Assembly: GCA_036172245.1 (NCBI GenBank)
Contig: JAYWIR010000035.1
Span: 744,001-808,000 of the forward strand
Direction of reading: 5' to 3'
Length of the DNA: 64,000 nucleotides
From: Raillietiella orientalis
Taxonomy: Eukaryota
Made by a program: the position numbers and the translations under genes. The notes below the pieces were generated by a model. The model had not been told where the DNA came from and ran no database searches. It saw only the letters and a program-made list of their open reading frames with translations. This document shows, in pieces, positions 38,501 through 50,500 of this stretch (its first letter is position 1; each line of letters starts with the position of its first letter).

Positions 38501-39270
38501 ATCCGTTCAAGTTTGTGGTTTGTTCTCTGAATAAATGTTCCGACGTGACCGAGTTCAAATCTCCGTCGGCGGAGTCGAAGTCACCAGGTGTGAGACATCC
38601 CCGATGGTGACGACCTCGGACTTCCTGGGTGCGTCGGACCCACGCCAGACCTGCCCACCTCTACGAAGGCGCGGTCATCCCCGTCATGGACGGAAAGCCG
38701 GGGGGGTGATCTCGCCCTCCAGGGAGGACACGGAGAGTGTCGGGAGCCCGGTGACCCTCAGGGAGAACAGTGGGACGCGCATCGACCCGGTCAGAGGCGG
38801 CTCCACGCCGTGGCTCTTCCAGATCCCTCAACTGGACCTATACCTGAGGATCTTTCCCGTGCCTCCTCCTTCCCTGGTCTGTCCCTTCCCGGAGGGTCGC
38901 CGCGGACGTCCGCGAACCGGGTCCGCTACTGCTCCACGAGGTTCAGGAACGAGTCATCGAGAGCCGCGTTCTCTCCAGCGGCCGACCTCTCAGCATCTCC
39001 GAGAGGAGGTACGCTCTGCTCCTCCTGCAAGCAGCCAGCACCAAGCGCCGGACACACGGGCCGCGAAGTGCCGGGTTGTAGCACCGAAGGTGTAGCAGAG
39101 ATGTGCGCTCCGCGCTTCTCGGCGGTCCACTGAAAGCGGCCGGGATGCGTCAACGGGTGAGAAGCGGGAGCGTACCGATGCTGTCCGCTTTCCTCCTCCG
39201 CACGGGTCGACCCGACGCGCTGCTTCGCCCTTTGAAAGCGGCTGCAGCAAAGGGCAGCGAACAGGGGGAA
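35600..39270 (-). pseudogene. Decayed EAR/EPTP-repeat (TSPEAR/closca-like beta-propeller) sequence
   Basis: ORF 37834-38229: TEILRIHSDTFLAVSNGNGGGGDSVMYRLEGGTRAFRDRQRFRASDWKLFALGTGDHLGHFLEVANEYE, then VIYKMTRDCHF in a shifted frame; SAYSRWSGG upstream. Matches the EAR consensus FLAVAN..S.IY.W...F...Q....A.DW..F. Outer boundaries are uncertain. Confidence 0.6.
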
Positions 39271-40120
39271 AGGAATGGGAGGTTTGGAATCCTGGCGTCA
39301 GCTCATTCCTTACGCGGACTCTCGTCTTGGCCTTGAGCTCTAGGACGGACGAATGGTCGTCTTGGACGTTTCGAGCGCAATCCTGACTTGCTCAGGAGTG
39401 CTCCAGGGAGGAAAGAGACTGAACACGGGAACATCTCTGGCAGCAGGACACAGGTATTGAAGAGAAGATTATCACTGTCTCATCATCTCATCACTGGAGG
39501 GTCCTGGGCGCACCCGATGATTGCCGGCAAAGTCGCCGGACCATGGGTTGAGGCAGCCGCTCGATGAAGGGCTGCCCAGAATATCGACATCGCCTGCTGC
39601 GGATGCGGGCGGAGGACTCCTGGAAGCGAATTCCTCGAGGAGTGAAGGCATCTGCTCTCGTTGACAGGAAGACGGCGAAATGATCCACGCAATACTTCCT
39701 TTCTCTCAGACGGACACAGTCGCCACTCTGCCGGACCAGCGCCCAGCACTTCCCCTCCGGTCGCAGCAGGCAGCGACGCTCTTCTTGCACTGGGAACCCA
39801 GCGCCGCCGGAGGATGGAGGAACTCGTCGCCAGGTGCGGGGCATCGAGTCGCTCTCGCACCTGCCAGTTAGGACTGTCAGTTGCCCCGCAGCAGCAGGCA
39901 TTCCCTAGAAGCGACCCTCTCCCGCCCAGGAGGACTCCCCTCGACATCTGAGGCGGTTCTTTGCGCCGCCTCAGGCCCTGGACGGCCGCTGCCTGTTCAG
40001 TGCAGCCGCGGTGAGGTGCAGGGCGTCGGAGGACGGCCGTCCACTCCACCTTCCCCCATGAGGAGGGCAGCAAGATGGTGTCTCGCCTCCGGCCAGGAGT
40101 CAATGAGGATCCTGTATCTC
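39270..40120 (-). mobile_element. Possible LINE ORF1-like remnant
   Basis: DVPVFSLFPPWSTPEQVRIALE resembles the RRM-like segment of L1/Tx1 ORF1; weak similarity to 32.0-32.7 kb. Confidence 0.3.
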
Positions 40121-40138
40121 AGGCAGACTGCAAGAATG

Positions 40139-40512
40139 GGGTTCGTTTCAAAATCCCGAACGTCGAAATCCCGAAAGATAATACCAAGAAGGAATATTGA
40201 CATATTGATATAATTATTCATATGTAGATTACTATATATTATAAAGATTATAAAAAAGTATACGCTTATTACATATCTTCTTATTTTTATCCATTATTTC
40301 TAATTGCCACCGTTATTTCTTATTTTTTTATAATCCGATGTTTACATGCCCATTTAATATATACATATTTATTATGTATAATGAATGTACATTTATTTTT
40401 GTGATCTTTATGATACATAAAACATATACCGATGAGCATGTATATTTATTTTTTTGTGATCTTTCGAGATCTTTCTTTGAGATCCTTGACTTTCAGGATT
40501 TCGATCTGCGCC
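40139..40512. mobile_element. MULE-like MITE with AT-rich core
   Basis: Left end GGGTTCGTTTCAAAATCCCGAACGTCGAAATCCCGAAAGAT; right end ATCTTTCGAGAT..TTTCAGGATTTCGATCTGCGCC (degenerate inverted AAATCCCGAA subrepeats); sharp AT-rich island. Confidence 0.7.
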
Positions 40513-40519
40513 TGTACGA

Positions 40520-42754
40520 GAAAGAGTGGTGCTTCATCCCATCCCCACGAGGGATGGAGCGGCGACCCCTTTTATCGAACACGGACAAATACGGCAGGGT
40601 AATCCACCCTTCTTTTCCTCTCCCCTTTTATCTTACGTCCCGGTGGCAGCAACCGCTTCCCCCTGGCGACTTCATTTTATTGAATTTATTGTTGCTTATT
40701 TGTTCCCTCCTCCCCCCTTCGCTTTTGTTATCTCCTCTCTCGAGTGTGTCATTTTTGCCTCCCTGCCGACCCCACGTGTCGGTCCAGTTTGCACTGAATA
40801 GAAAAGTCACCCTTTCTATGCACGTTAACTCAATTCGTTTTTTAGACAAACGGCCGTCGAAAGCGCGCCGTCGTCACTTCCGACGACATTCTCCTGCTGC
40901 ATCATCATCGATGCAACCGGAAACCCTGTTCCAGCTGAGAAACGTCCCAGGAATCCAACCCTGTCGTTCCAGAAAATTTTGCCTATCGTCCAAGGCTGGA
41001 AGCTTGAAGCGGTTCACGTCGGATCTCAAGTCACGTGGGATCTAATTCGAAGCGCAGAAACTTCAAGTCTTCCGCTGCCTTCGGATACCGAACTCGAGGT
41101 CGCAGGCTTCCCGCGCTGACTCGAACTCAGCGAACACCACCACTCCGACGCCTCTTCCTACGGCTCTTTTCTATTCCTTTTCTATTTTCCCATCATGGGC
41201 AGCGCCATGATGGGAAAATGGTTCCATTTCTCCGCATCGACGGCTGTGCGAGAGTTGACCGGTCCGTGAGAGAAGAATGGCTCCCGACGCCTCCGTTAAA
41301 ATTCCACCACGTCCAAAGCAATCCAGGCCTTGAGACTCGACAAAGCGGTCCCTCCTCGCAACGAACGAGTGACCTTTCCTCTACACCTTGCAATGAGGCA
41401 CCCGGTTGCCATCTCTCCCACATGCTCCGCCCAAGAAAGTCCCTTTTTTGGATACCGAACTCACATGCCGACACATGGTCCGTGGAGCTTTTTGTCCTTC
41501 TCTCTTCCTTTGTTTTGTCTTCGTCCTTTTTCGATCACAGCGAGCTTCTTTGTGCTTGGCATGTCCGGTTGCTCTGCAAGCATCCCTGAAGTGCACGGTG
41601 GATCGCTTCCCAGGAAAGTCGGAATCCTAACCTTGTTCACCGTCACCGAAGATTGGTTACCTTGGTACAATGAAATCCCTGAATCTCTGTCCTCCACGCG
41701 AACTGGACTACCTGGCTGCAGAAGTCTGTTTTCGCAAGGGATAAAATCAACGGCACGAGCGAGGCAGAGTGCATCTGCCTACGAAACAGCAGATACGCTC
41801 ACCAGCCTCTGAAGGAGATCCTGGAGAACATAAGGAATCTGCTGTGGGCCTCGTTCACCCCCCTCCCCCCAGTGCTGCCTTCCATAAGTAGAGCAACGGA
41901 CAGCAACACTCCGACAAAGTGGGAGGTGACATGCATTATAGACAATAAAAGGAAACATCTGGATATGTGGACGACTCGGCAACTGACAGATGTTACCACC
42001 CCGAGTGTCCCTCCAAAAGGACTGTCACTCTGGGAAGAGCTACCAGAAATTCCTCCGGAGGAAATACAATGCCCCCCAGCGTGCTGGAACAGCGCGACCC
42101 TCCCCCTGAAGTGGCAGGAGTCGGCGATCCTTCTGTTGCATTGGGGCCTGCCGTGCAACGCCGCCCGCCGACATCACTGGATCCCAGGGAGTGTGAACCC
42201 TAACTGCAGCAGGTGTGGAGAAAGAGAGTCCCTCCCGCACCTGCTCGTGGATTGTTGCCCTCTGTCCCCTGTGGGAACGCTTTTCTGCGTCCCTGTGGAA
42301 TCCCGAGGGCAACCCCAGAGACCTTCTAAAACGCCTCTTCCAGCGCGATGCCAGCAGGCTTAGCAGCACTGTGCCGCCTACGCGGCGGGATCGTTGCTGC
42401 CTGGAGCAACGCCAGAGGCCAAGACGACAGGGACGCCATCCATTTTGCTATCTTCTCCATGAGGATAGCGTCAAGATGGCCCCATCCGGGAACCTTAAAA
42501 CAGGAACTTGCCAGCATCTTGCATAGAATGCAGAGGACACCCTCCTGCACCCGGTGATCCCTTCCCGAAACCTCCCAATTTCATTGTATAAATTTTTTTG
42601 TTGTTTCCCCTTCCCCTCTGCTGTCAAACCTCGCGGGTCTGAGTGCTGTTTCTCGGCAGGTTCCCATGGTTACATTTGTAACGGGGCAGGACCAGGCACT
42701 GACCCGTATGTTTATTTTTTATAAAAGTAAACGCTCCGGCGCAACTGGGTGTCA
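40520..42754 (+). mobile_element. Internally deleted Tx1/L1-like LINE (APE-like start joined to zf-RVT and 3' end)
   Basis: LLHWGLPCNAARRHHWIPGSVNPNCSRCGERESLPHLLVDCC; AGLAALCRLRGGIVAAWS..AIHFAIFSMRIASRW; terminus AGTAAACGCTCCGGCGCAACTGGGTGTCA. The 5' boundary is approximate. Confidence 0.82.
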
Positions 42755-45074
42755 GACCAGCACCAAAGAGGAAGCAAAACCTGGTCCGCTTCCATCGCGA
42801 GAATAACGCTAGAGAAATCCCTTCTAAAACCGATTCTAGCACGTTCGAGCGTTCTTCCTGTACTCTGCAGTCTCGACTCGACTTCATGAAGTACCATGCA
42901 AAACAAGTGCACGTGATTATCACTTGTTTAAAAAAAAAAAAGAATTTTTTTTTCTGCCAGATCGACTGCGAAATTCCAAAATCGATGTTTCCTCTCCTTC
43001 AACAGCGCTCTCTCATCTACCGAGCTCCTTAATCAGCCATGACGTCATAGACGATGTTTTACGGGCCTTGTTTAGAGAATTCATTCTCACCGATGGGAAT
43101 CAGCACGATTCTGCAGCCAGACCGATGCACAAAAGCAGCCCATCAGTCATCATCCGCTCATGCCACCCCCCTGATTTACTTGTCTTCAATAATGCGGTCA
43201 TCTAATTATGAGCTTACAGATGCTCCGTATCGAGGGAAGTTCACTATGATATGGAGCATTCCGAAGAAATTGGGTTGGATTTTCCTTCAACTAGCCACCC
43301 TCTGAGAAATCTCCTGCAAGACGCAAATCACTTGTTGCTGCGTTGCAATGGAAACAAAGTCTTCGTCTTCCTTCAGTAGGCTTAGTATTCTCCTCCAAGC
43401 GCCGGCATCGTGAAGGCATACCCATCGCTTGTCCGATTCTGGTACATGGACCTCTTGCAGATGATGAACCAAACGCGGAACCAGTGGGTCATCACTCAAA
43501 TTGTGGCCATATGCTCCAAGCGATGTCAAGGACAAAGGTGGCACGAGTCAGGAGCCAGCCGGAGAACGGATGGGCAGTAGCACTTCAATGAGAGCAATCA
43601 TACGGAAACAAAACAGATGGAAGGCCCCGATTCCTACGTTATCATCAGAATCGTAAAGACTATGAGAGCATTGGGAAGGAAGGATAGTAACTCTGGACAC
43701 TTTGATGACCGGCTCTGATCAGGCTGGAGCAACGGAAAAGATGGAGAATGCATTTTGGATCATCTATGCACGCTGAAACATAACAGGCAGCTAGCAACCC
43801 ACCGAATGCTACCGGATCAGTTAAGAAAAGGGTGATTCGTTTTGCAGAATCTTACTCACGTAAATCACGCACATTCCAGATGGGTCATGTGATATCGGCC
43901 AGGATTCCTGGTCGACATCCTCTGCTAGTGATCAGTGAAGTATGGGTGAAAGAAAAAAAAAAAATATGCAACCGCGCATCTGGGAAAGCTAAGAAACTTG
44001 AAACCCGGATCATACGCGCGCTCACAAAGAACTAAAATCGCTCAAATCAAAAAAAAAACGATGAGATAAGAATTTAAAACTCGTTGGCACTCCAACTTCT
44101 GATCGAGTTAAGCTGGCCGTTTGAGTAGTAGGATCACGAATAGGGCTCGAAAGCTACCAAAGCACAATAGCGGTGTGTGTGTGTGTGTGTGTTCTTTTTT
44201 TTCTTTTCGTGATGTTTTGGGTGATTGGGTGATTTTCGTGGATAGAGAGTGCCGGTACAAGAACAAAGATCAGGTGGGAGGTAGGAAGCTGCGCTCGTGA
44301 ACTCACTTCCGGGAGATTATTATTTTCCGAGCCTGTTTTGAGAAAGAACCAAGACCCTCCAAGACCCGTGAAGACGCTGATGGACGCTGATGAGCTGGGT
44401 GGAGAAAAATTGCGGACCAATGAAAAAACAGGAACGGAGGTTTTTGTGAAACTGTATGGAATTTACCACAAGTCTGCACTGAAGCTTTCGGAAGGATGTT
44501 CCAAACAGGCGTGGGGAACGCCCACCCCAAAGACTGCAAGCTTCCAGCCAACCTCAAGGAAGCAATGCTTATCTATTCACAGAGAAGGATCCGCAGGAAA
44601 AGAAACGATAGAATATAAAGTAACATGCTGCAGAAATAAAAATACATTTCTTCTAAAGAACATATCATACAAGTACCTACTCGGGAATAGACATCGTAGG
44701 AATTAACGTGTATTTCATCCTAGAGGAAGGATGGAAAAATGGAATTCGAAAAACGCCGATGGAGGTTCCACGGAGAGAGATTCATTGCTTAAACGGTGAT
44801 AATGAAGATGTAAGAATGCCACTACCCAACATCCCACGAAAAGAGCAAGAAGACCAAGTACCACGTGAAACGACATTGGCAGTCGATTGAGTTCTGGTAT
44901 GGGATCGAAGCGATTGAATAGGCTGCGTGGATTTGTGTCAAGTAGGGAAAGAAAGAGCTGCGGGATTCGCGCGGGAGGTTTACCCATCGGAAGTACTCGC
45001 GAAAACGGAATCGGATTTGCTAAGCTTCGACCTGACTCGTGGGCAATCTCGAAAATCCGATGCGTTCGATTCGA

Positions 45075-45855
45075 TTTTCACCCGGGTGCTCCGGGGCTTC
45101 TATTCCAAGAACAAACACATTACAAGAGCTGTGGTTGGACCGCCGGTCCAACCACGCACAATTTCAAGGAAACCTGCCGGGTCACCGGTTCGCAGGCCGG
45201 AGCGGTCCACCACGGCAGCAGAGGGGAGGGAGCGAACAAAAAGAAAGAAAAGAAACAAGAAAATAAAAATACATAAATTATGGGGGGGTTCGGGAAGGCA
45301 TTACTGTCTGCTGGGGGCAGTCCGGTCCATCCTCTCTAGGATGTCGGCAAGGTCTTGCTGGGTATTCCTTTCCAGGTGGGGCCATCGCGTTGCTATCCTG
45401 GTGAATTGGAAGGCGAAGTGGATGGCACCCCTATTGCTGGATCCTCCGGTTGCTTATTCCAAGCAGCGACGATTCCTCGTAGGCAGCACAGGGCTGCCAG
45501 CGAGGCCGCTGGCCGAAGGGCGTCGCGAACGAAGAGGGAAGCGTCCCTGGAGTTGCCTTAGGGGGTTCCCAGGGCCGCGGCAAAGCGTCCCCAAAGGAGC
45601 GGGAGGGCAAGACAGTCCAATAACAGGTGGGGGAGGGATTCCCGTTCAGTTGGGGTCCACACCCCTCCCCCAGTTCTTCCTGCCTACGCGCTTTTTCCCG
45701 TATCCTCCAGGATCTCTCGGAGAACCGTTCGATTCGAAGGCTCCCTCGGGGTACCCAAAACAGAAAGAGCAAGGTCACACCTTTCGAGCACAAAGAAAGT
45801 CAAACGGAGAGAGTCATGGTTTCTGAGAGCTTCCAAAATTCTGAGACATAGGAAA
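45075..45855 (-). mobile_element. 5'-truncated Tx1/L1-like LINE with 10-bp TSD
   Basis: TTCGATTCGA at 45065-45074 and 45856-45865. C-terminal AIHFAFQFTRIATRWPHLERNTQQDLADILERM; ends AATAGAAGCCCCGGAGCACCCGGGTGAAAA. The same 10-mer also occurs internally at ~45728. Confidence 0.85.
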
Positions 45856-46905
45856 TTCGATTCGAGTTAACGACACCAGGAGCGCGCGGTGCCTTCAAGC
45901 GTTCATCTGCCCCGAAGACACGAACACGTACCAGTTGTGTGAAGGAACCCTGAACTCTAATGGAACTTGGTTGCAGCTCGGAAACTTGGCGACGGTTGTT
46001 CCAACAACCTTCGTAACAACGAGATGGGCAGCAGCACTGAATTCGTTTCCGATTTACATATCCATGAAGCTCCACACATGGATTAAGTACATTGCAAAGT
46101 GCGGAAGCACTGATTCATGAAATGCCAAGGAAGAAAGAAAGTCGAGGACAAAATTCAGAAATTTAAAAAAAAATTCAGAATCGAGTTGTTTCTTTTGCTC
46201 TAGACCCATCGTTACGCCCCAACTGGATTCCCTCCCCCCCCCCCCATCAGATTATTTTGGAGTGCATTCCTCCTCTTCATTTTTGCCTCGCGACCTCATT
46301 TGAAACAAGGCATGCATGCACAGGGAAAAATTCTGAAGACCGCTGGTCAGGATGCATTCGGCGACCGGTCGTAGTTGGGCTCCTTGAGGCTGTGGCTTGA
46401 GCCACGGGGAACGAGCAGACCGTGGTTTCCTCGCAGCCAAGCAGCCACGCTGTAGTCGTTCCGACTTTTCCGCGCACTCCAGTTTGGCTCTTGTCAACGG
46501 AAGACCAATGTGACTTGTCTTGCCGCTGCCGCGCCTTGTTGCATCATGAACTCGGGTCAATTCACTTAGGAAATGGCCCGCGACTTCCCGCATTATTGAT
46601 CTGTCTCAACAACCGGACGTTTCCCATTTATAGGTCAAACTGATTATTTTGCAAGAACGGACAAGCTTTCTGTCGATCCCTCTCGTTCTTTTTCGAGAGA
46701 TGCGTGAGATGCGTGCTCTCAGCACGAGAACCCTGCCGAGATGTGGTTTTCGTAAGGCAGCCAGAAAGCGAGGACGGTGCACACCTAACGTAATCATCAG
46801 ATTTGCTTCGTGCCCTGCATCATCTCCTTGAAATGAGGAAATGCGTTTTCGTGTGTGTGTGCGTTTTGTTCTTCCATATTGTAATGCCTCCCCTCCCTGC
46901 CCCCC

Positions 46906-46908
<3 letters not shown>

Positions 46909-46980
<72 letters not shown>
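46909..46980. repeat. Compound (CT)n(CA)n microsatellite
   Basis: Directly visible. Confidence 0.97.
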
Positions 46981-46985
<5 letters not shown>

Positions 46986-47535
46986 TGTGTCTGCACTGAG
47001 AAGCATATCTGAAATTTTGCCAAATTGGTTTCGCATCTCACAATCTGGGAAAACTCCGGAAGTGCACATCTTGCGGTCGGGAACATAGATGGCACGATAG
47101 CATCACAAGGAAGGAAATGCAAAATTAAGCGCGCTCGTGTCCACGAGCGTACGGGAGAGAGGGGGGGAAGGGAGGGAGCGCCAGCGTATACACAGACAGC
47201 TACGTGTGAACTGCCAGGGAGCCCGCACCGGAAAAACTCGAGAGTCTCAGGTCGTTTCCATGCGTACGTCTTCGCGCGCCGGCTGCAGCCAGCTCCAGAG
47301 TAGGCCAGTGATTGCAGCGAGTGACGACTGCTGGCGTCCGAATAGTGTCAGCGCAAACGTGTTCCGTGGCTCTCGCATGAGCCTCTGGCAAGTCGAGTTG
47401 TCTGTGTTTGGGGATCGCGAAGGATCGGGGAAAGATTAACCTTGCGAGAACGTTCTTGTGCGAGGAGGGAATGCTGACAACCACGGAAATAAAGCGCCTC
47501 TGCAAGCCCCAGCGCACGGATGGAGTGATGTGACG

Positions 47536-50500
47536 ATGCTGCACTCTTGGCTGTTTGTGTACCTCGCGTTGTTCGTGCGGCTGTTCGTCCGCTCTTGTGG
47601 GGAAAAGGAAGTGAGGTGCAAAATCTGGAATAACCGCACGTGCTGTGAGGTGCTCCTGGGAAACGAGACGGCGGACGAGCCCGGTGCGAACAGGACGACT
47701 TGGGAATCATTCTGGAAGTGCCAGGATCATTGCCAGCAGTTTCAGTGTTTGGATTTCGAATATTATAAACAGATCAAGGTTTGCGATGCCCCTCTCCTGG
47801 GGAAGTCGCCAGCGTGCACGTCGGAATGGATGAGTGCCAGCAGTACGTATTCGTGTTTTGATATTCAGCTAAAAGGAACTCGAGGCGTTCTTTTGTTTCC
47901 CGCTCCCTCCCGCGAGCTTCCCCTGGACCTCGTTTTCGCTTTGGGATAACACCTTGGTCGACTGTCAATTTCGCACTTCCGTTGCGGAAGCCAGGAAAAG
48001 CGTCTTGAGCACTGTACGCCCAGGCATTTGGTTGTACAGTACACAAGAAATTCCCCCAGCTTGACAGCTGGAAGGAGAGTTTTCGTTGAAAGCTATTCAC
48101 GTTCGAAGGCGAATGGCGTGGGGGAACGCAGCAAACGAGGATCGCCTGCAAATTATTTAATAGGCACGCACGAGCCAATGTTGAAAATAAGGGAACGGAA
48201 CGGCAGGAAAAGCGTACGAGTAATCACTTGAATCTCTCCTGATAATCGTACGCGTATTGCCAAGACGCGCGGCGATTTCGCCAACGAACACGAGTGTTTG
48301 TGTCACGTAATCGTCATAGGGATGCATTCACACGAACTGAAGATGCCAGCATCCAAGAAACGCAGTAAATAAAACAGTGTGGTCAGCGTTTGCAATCAGC
48401 CGATAACGGTGTTGCCGCCAGCCGATTGCAAAACACTTCGCCGTTCATTTGGATTGCACTGCCAGCAGGGGGGCGACGGGAATTCGAAACTTTCTGAATT
48501 CTGTTTTCGATTCCTTTATTCGTGGCATTTCGTGAACACTCGTGGGGGCACGTACACTCTGCAATGCGTGGTTCATGCGTGGACCTCGACGAACGTGGAG
48601 ACGAATCGATTGCTGTTCTAAATCTGTTTGCGTATGTCATCTTCGAAATGCAATCGCCTTTCCCTTATCTATTCACGGTCCCTCGTAGGCAGCGCAGGGC
48701 TGCCAGCGAGGCCGCTGGCCGAAGGGCGTCGCGAACGAAGAGGGGTTTGAAAGCGTCCCTGGAGTCGCCTTCGGGGGTTCCCAGGGCCGCGGCAAAGCGT
48801 TTCCATTTCCCTGGAAAAAAAACGTGTTCCTTCGTGTTCCTTCACGCGGTCTCTCCCGAAGAAAACGAATTTGGCTTGCTGTTCGTTAGAAAGAAATTCC
48901 CGTTTCAAGAAGAATCCGTTCCTCCGGTGAATTCTCCTGCGCCGTCGATTTCGAAGTGTCCTTTCACGCGATCACGACAGGAAGACGAAGAGAATCCATC
49001 CAGCGTTGCGTCCGCTTGTGACTTTGCCTTCCGCACGCCGAGGTCAAATGGGGTAAGAATCTGTGAGCTCCAGCGGGCAGCTCTGGTAAAGCGAAATCAA
49101 TACTTTCCACATGTTGCTACGCGGAGGAAATCTGCATAATTCTCGGTCGTTCAGGACTTCGGTGTCCATCCCCGCCTCCACTCCCAGCCCGCATCTCCAA
49201 CGGTGCCGAAAAATCCACTTGCACGAGCGGCTGGGTCAACATTATGACCGTGCAGGGCACAGTTTCTTTGATACGTGTCATACTTTCGATCTTGAACCCT
49301 TTCCACGGGATGACTGTGGTCTTTGCCGCCATTAATCCTCAGTTTTCGAATTCCAAAAGGCGCGCGAAACCAGGAGATGGTGCAGCTGTATCCATCGAGC
49401 GTCTCCAGTTCGTTCCCTTCTCTCCAGATCTAACTAGCGTTGTACGATTTGGGGAAACCAAGTAGGAATTCACTGGTTCATCCGCGCGTTCCCCACACAC
49501 CCAGGGACCAAAGCTTATTAAAAGGACGCAGGTGTCAAAGTCACCTGACTAAACGTATCATCCACCTTGATTGCAGCCTTTAATGATGAAATTGAAATTT
49601 CGGTGCATTCTTTCCACGTGCGTGTGCTTGTGCGCGCATGGTACTCATGTGCAGCATCTGTGGTAAATCAGTACGTCACTCGGAAGAAAAGTGCACTCTT
49701 ACGCTCGTGAGGCTTAGTCGGATTCAGGAGCATGAAATAAATAAGGATCAGCAGAAACCTATGGGTATAAACGGTTGCCTACACATAAGTATTGCGACAT
49801 AAATTTGTTGCATGGATTTATTCATGCATGATTTGTTTGCTCTGCGTGAACACAAAAAGAATTCGTTGACGTGTGCGACAAATGCTGTGCACACTCTTCC
49901 ATTCATTCTTTTCATCTGTTTCAAATTTGCGATTCAGAATCGAGCAGGCCGTTGGCACACACGGCAGAGTTCTAAGACGAACCGGGAATCTTGAAACGAG
50001 CATCCTTTGACGGAAGGTCCGTCATATGTGTGCGGCTACGTCTTCGTTAACCTTCACAGGAGTCGGTCTTTGTGTGAGCGTCTTTCGTGAATTGCGGCGA
50101 GGACTCTAGAACGCAACGGGCAGCGGAAAGGTCGCATCGGTGGTCATTGAATATTAATCAGATGCCCACAGTTCGCAAGAGTTTCGTTCCCTCTCCTCGT
50201 CAACCAAGGACCTTTCATTTTGAAGTCATTTCGAAGGCTATCAACGTGGCCAGGACTGAGGCACCTGATTTCTTGTCTTCAGAGAAAGTTTCCACTTTCC
50301 TGAGGTTTATGCTCTTCTCGCAAAGATCGGCTTCAGCTGAAGGTTTTCTGGAAACTTATCATTCGCTTTTTTCTCTCTCTTGTCTGTCCTCTTGGGTAGT
50401 GCGCTCAACCTGAATGATTAATGCCTTCTTGTTTTTCATCCGAGTGGGCCGTCCGTCGTTGGTTGCAGCTGCATTTACAAGAATGTGGGAATTCCAATAG

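Noticed and set aside
18828..39901. Many 100-330 aa overlapping ORFs in the track
   Set aside because: Expected from stop-codon scarcity in GC-rich repeats; Arg/Pro/Gly/Ser-rich with no domain motifs except those listed.
43250..44000. Possible Gypsy integrase remnant (..RFAESYSRKSRTFQMGHVI..)
   Set aside because: A single weak motif; no DDE core or LTRs seen.
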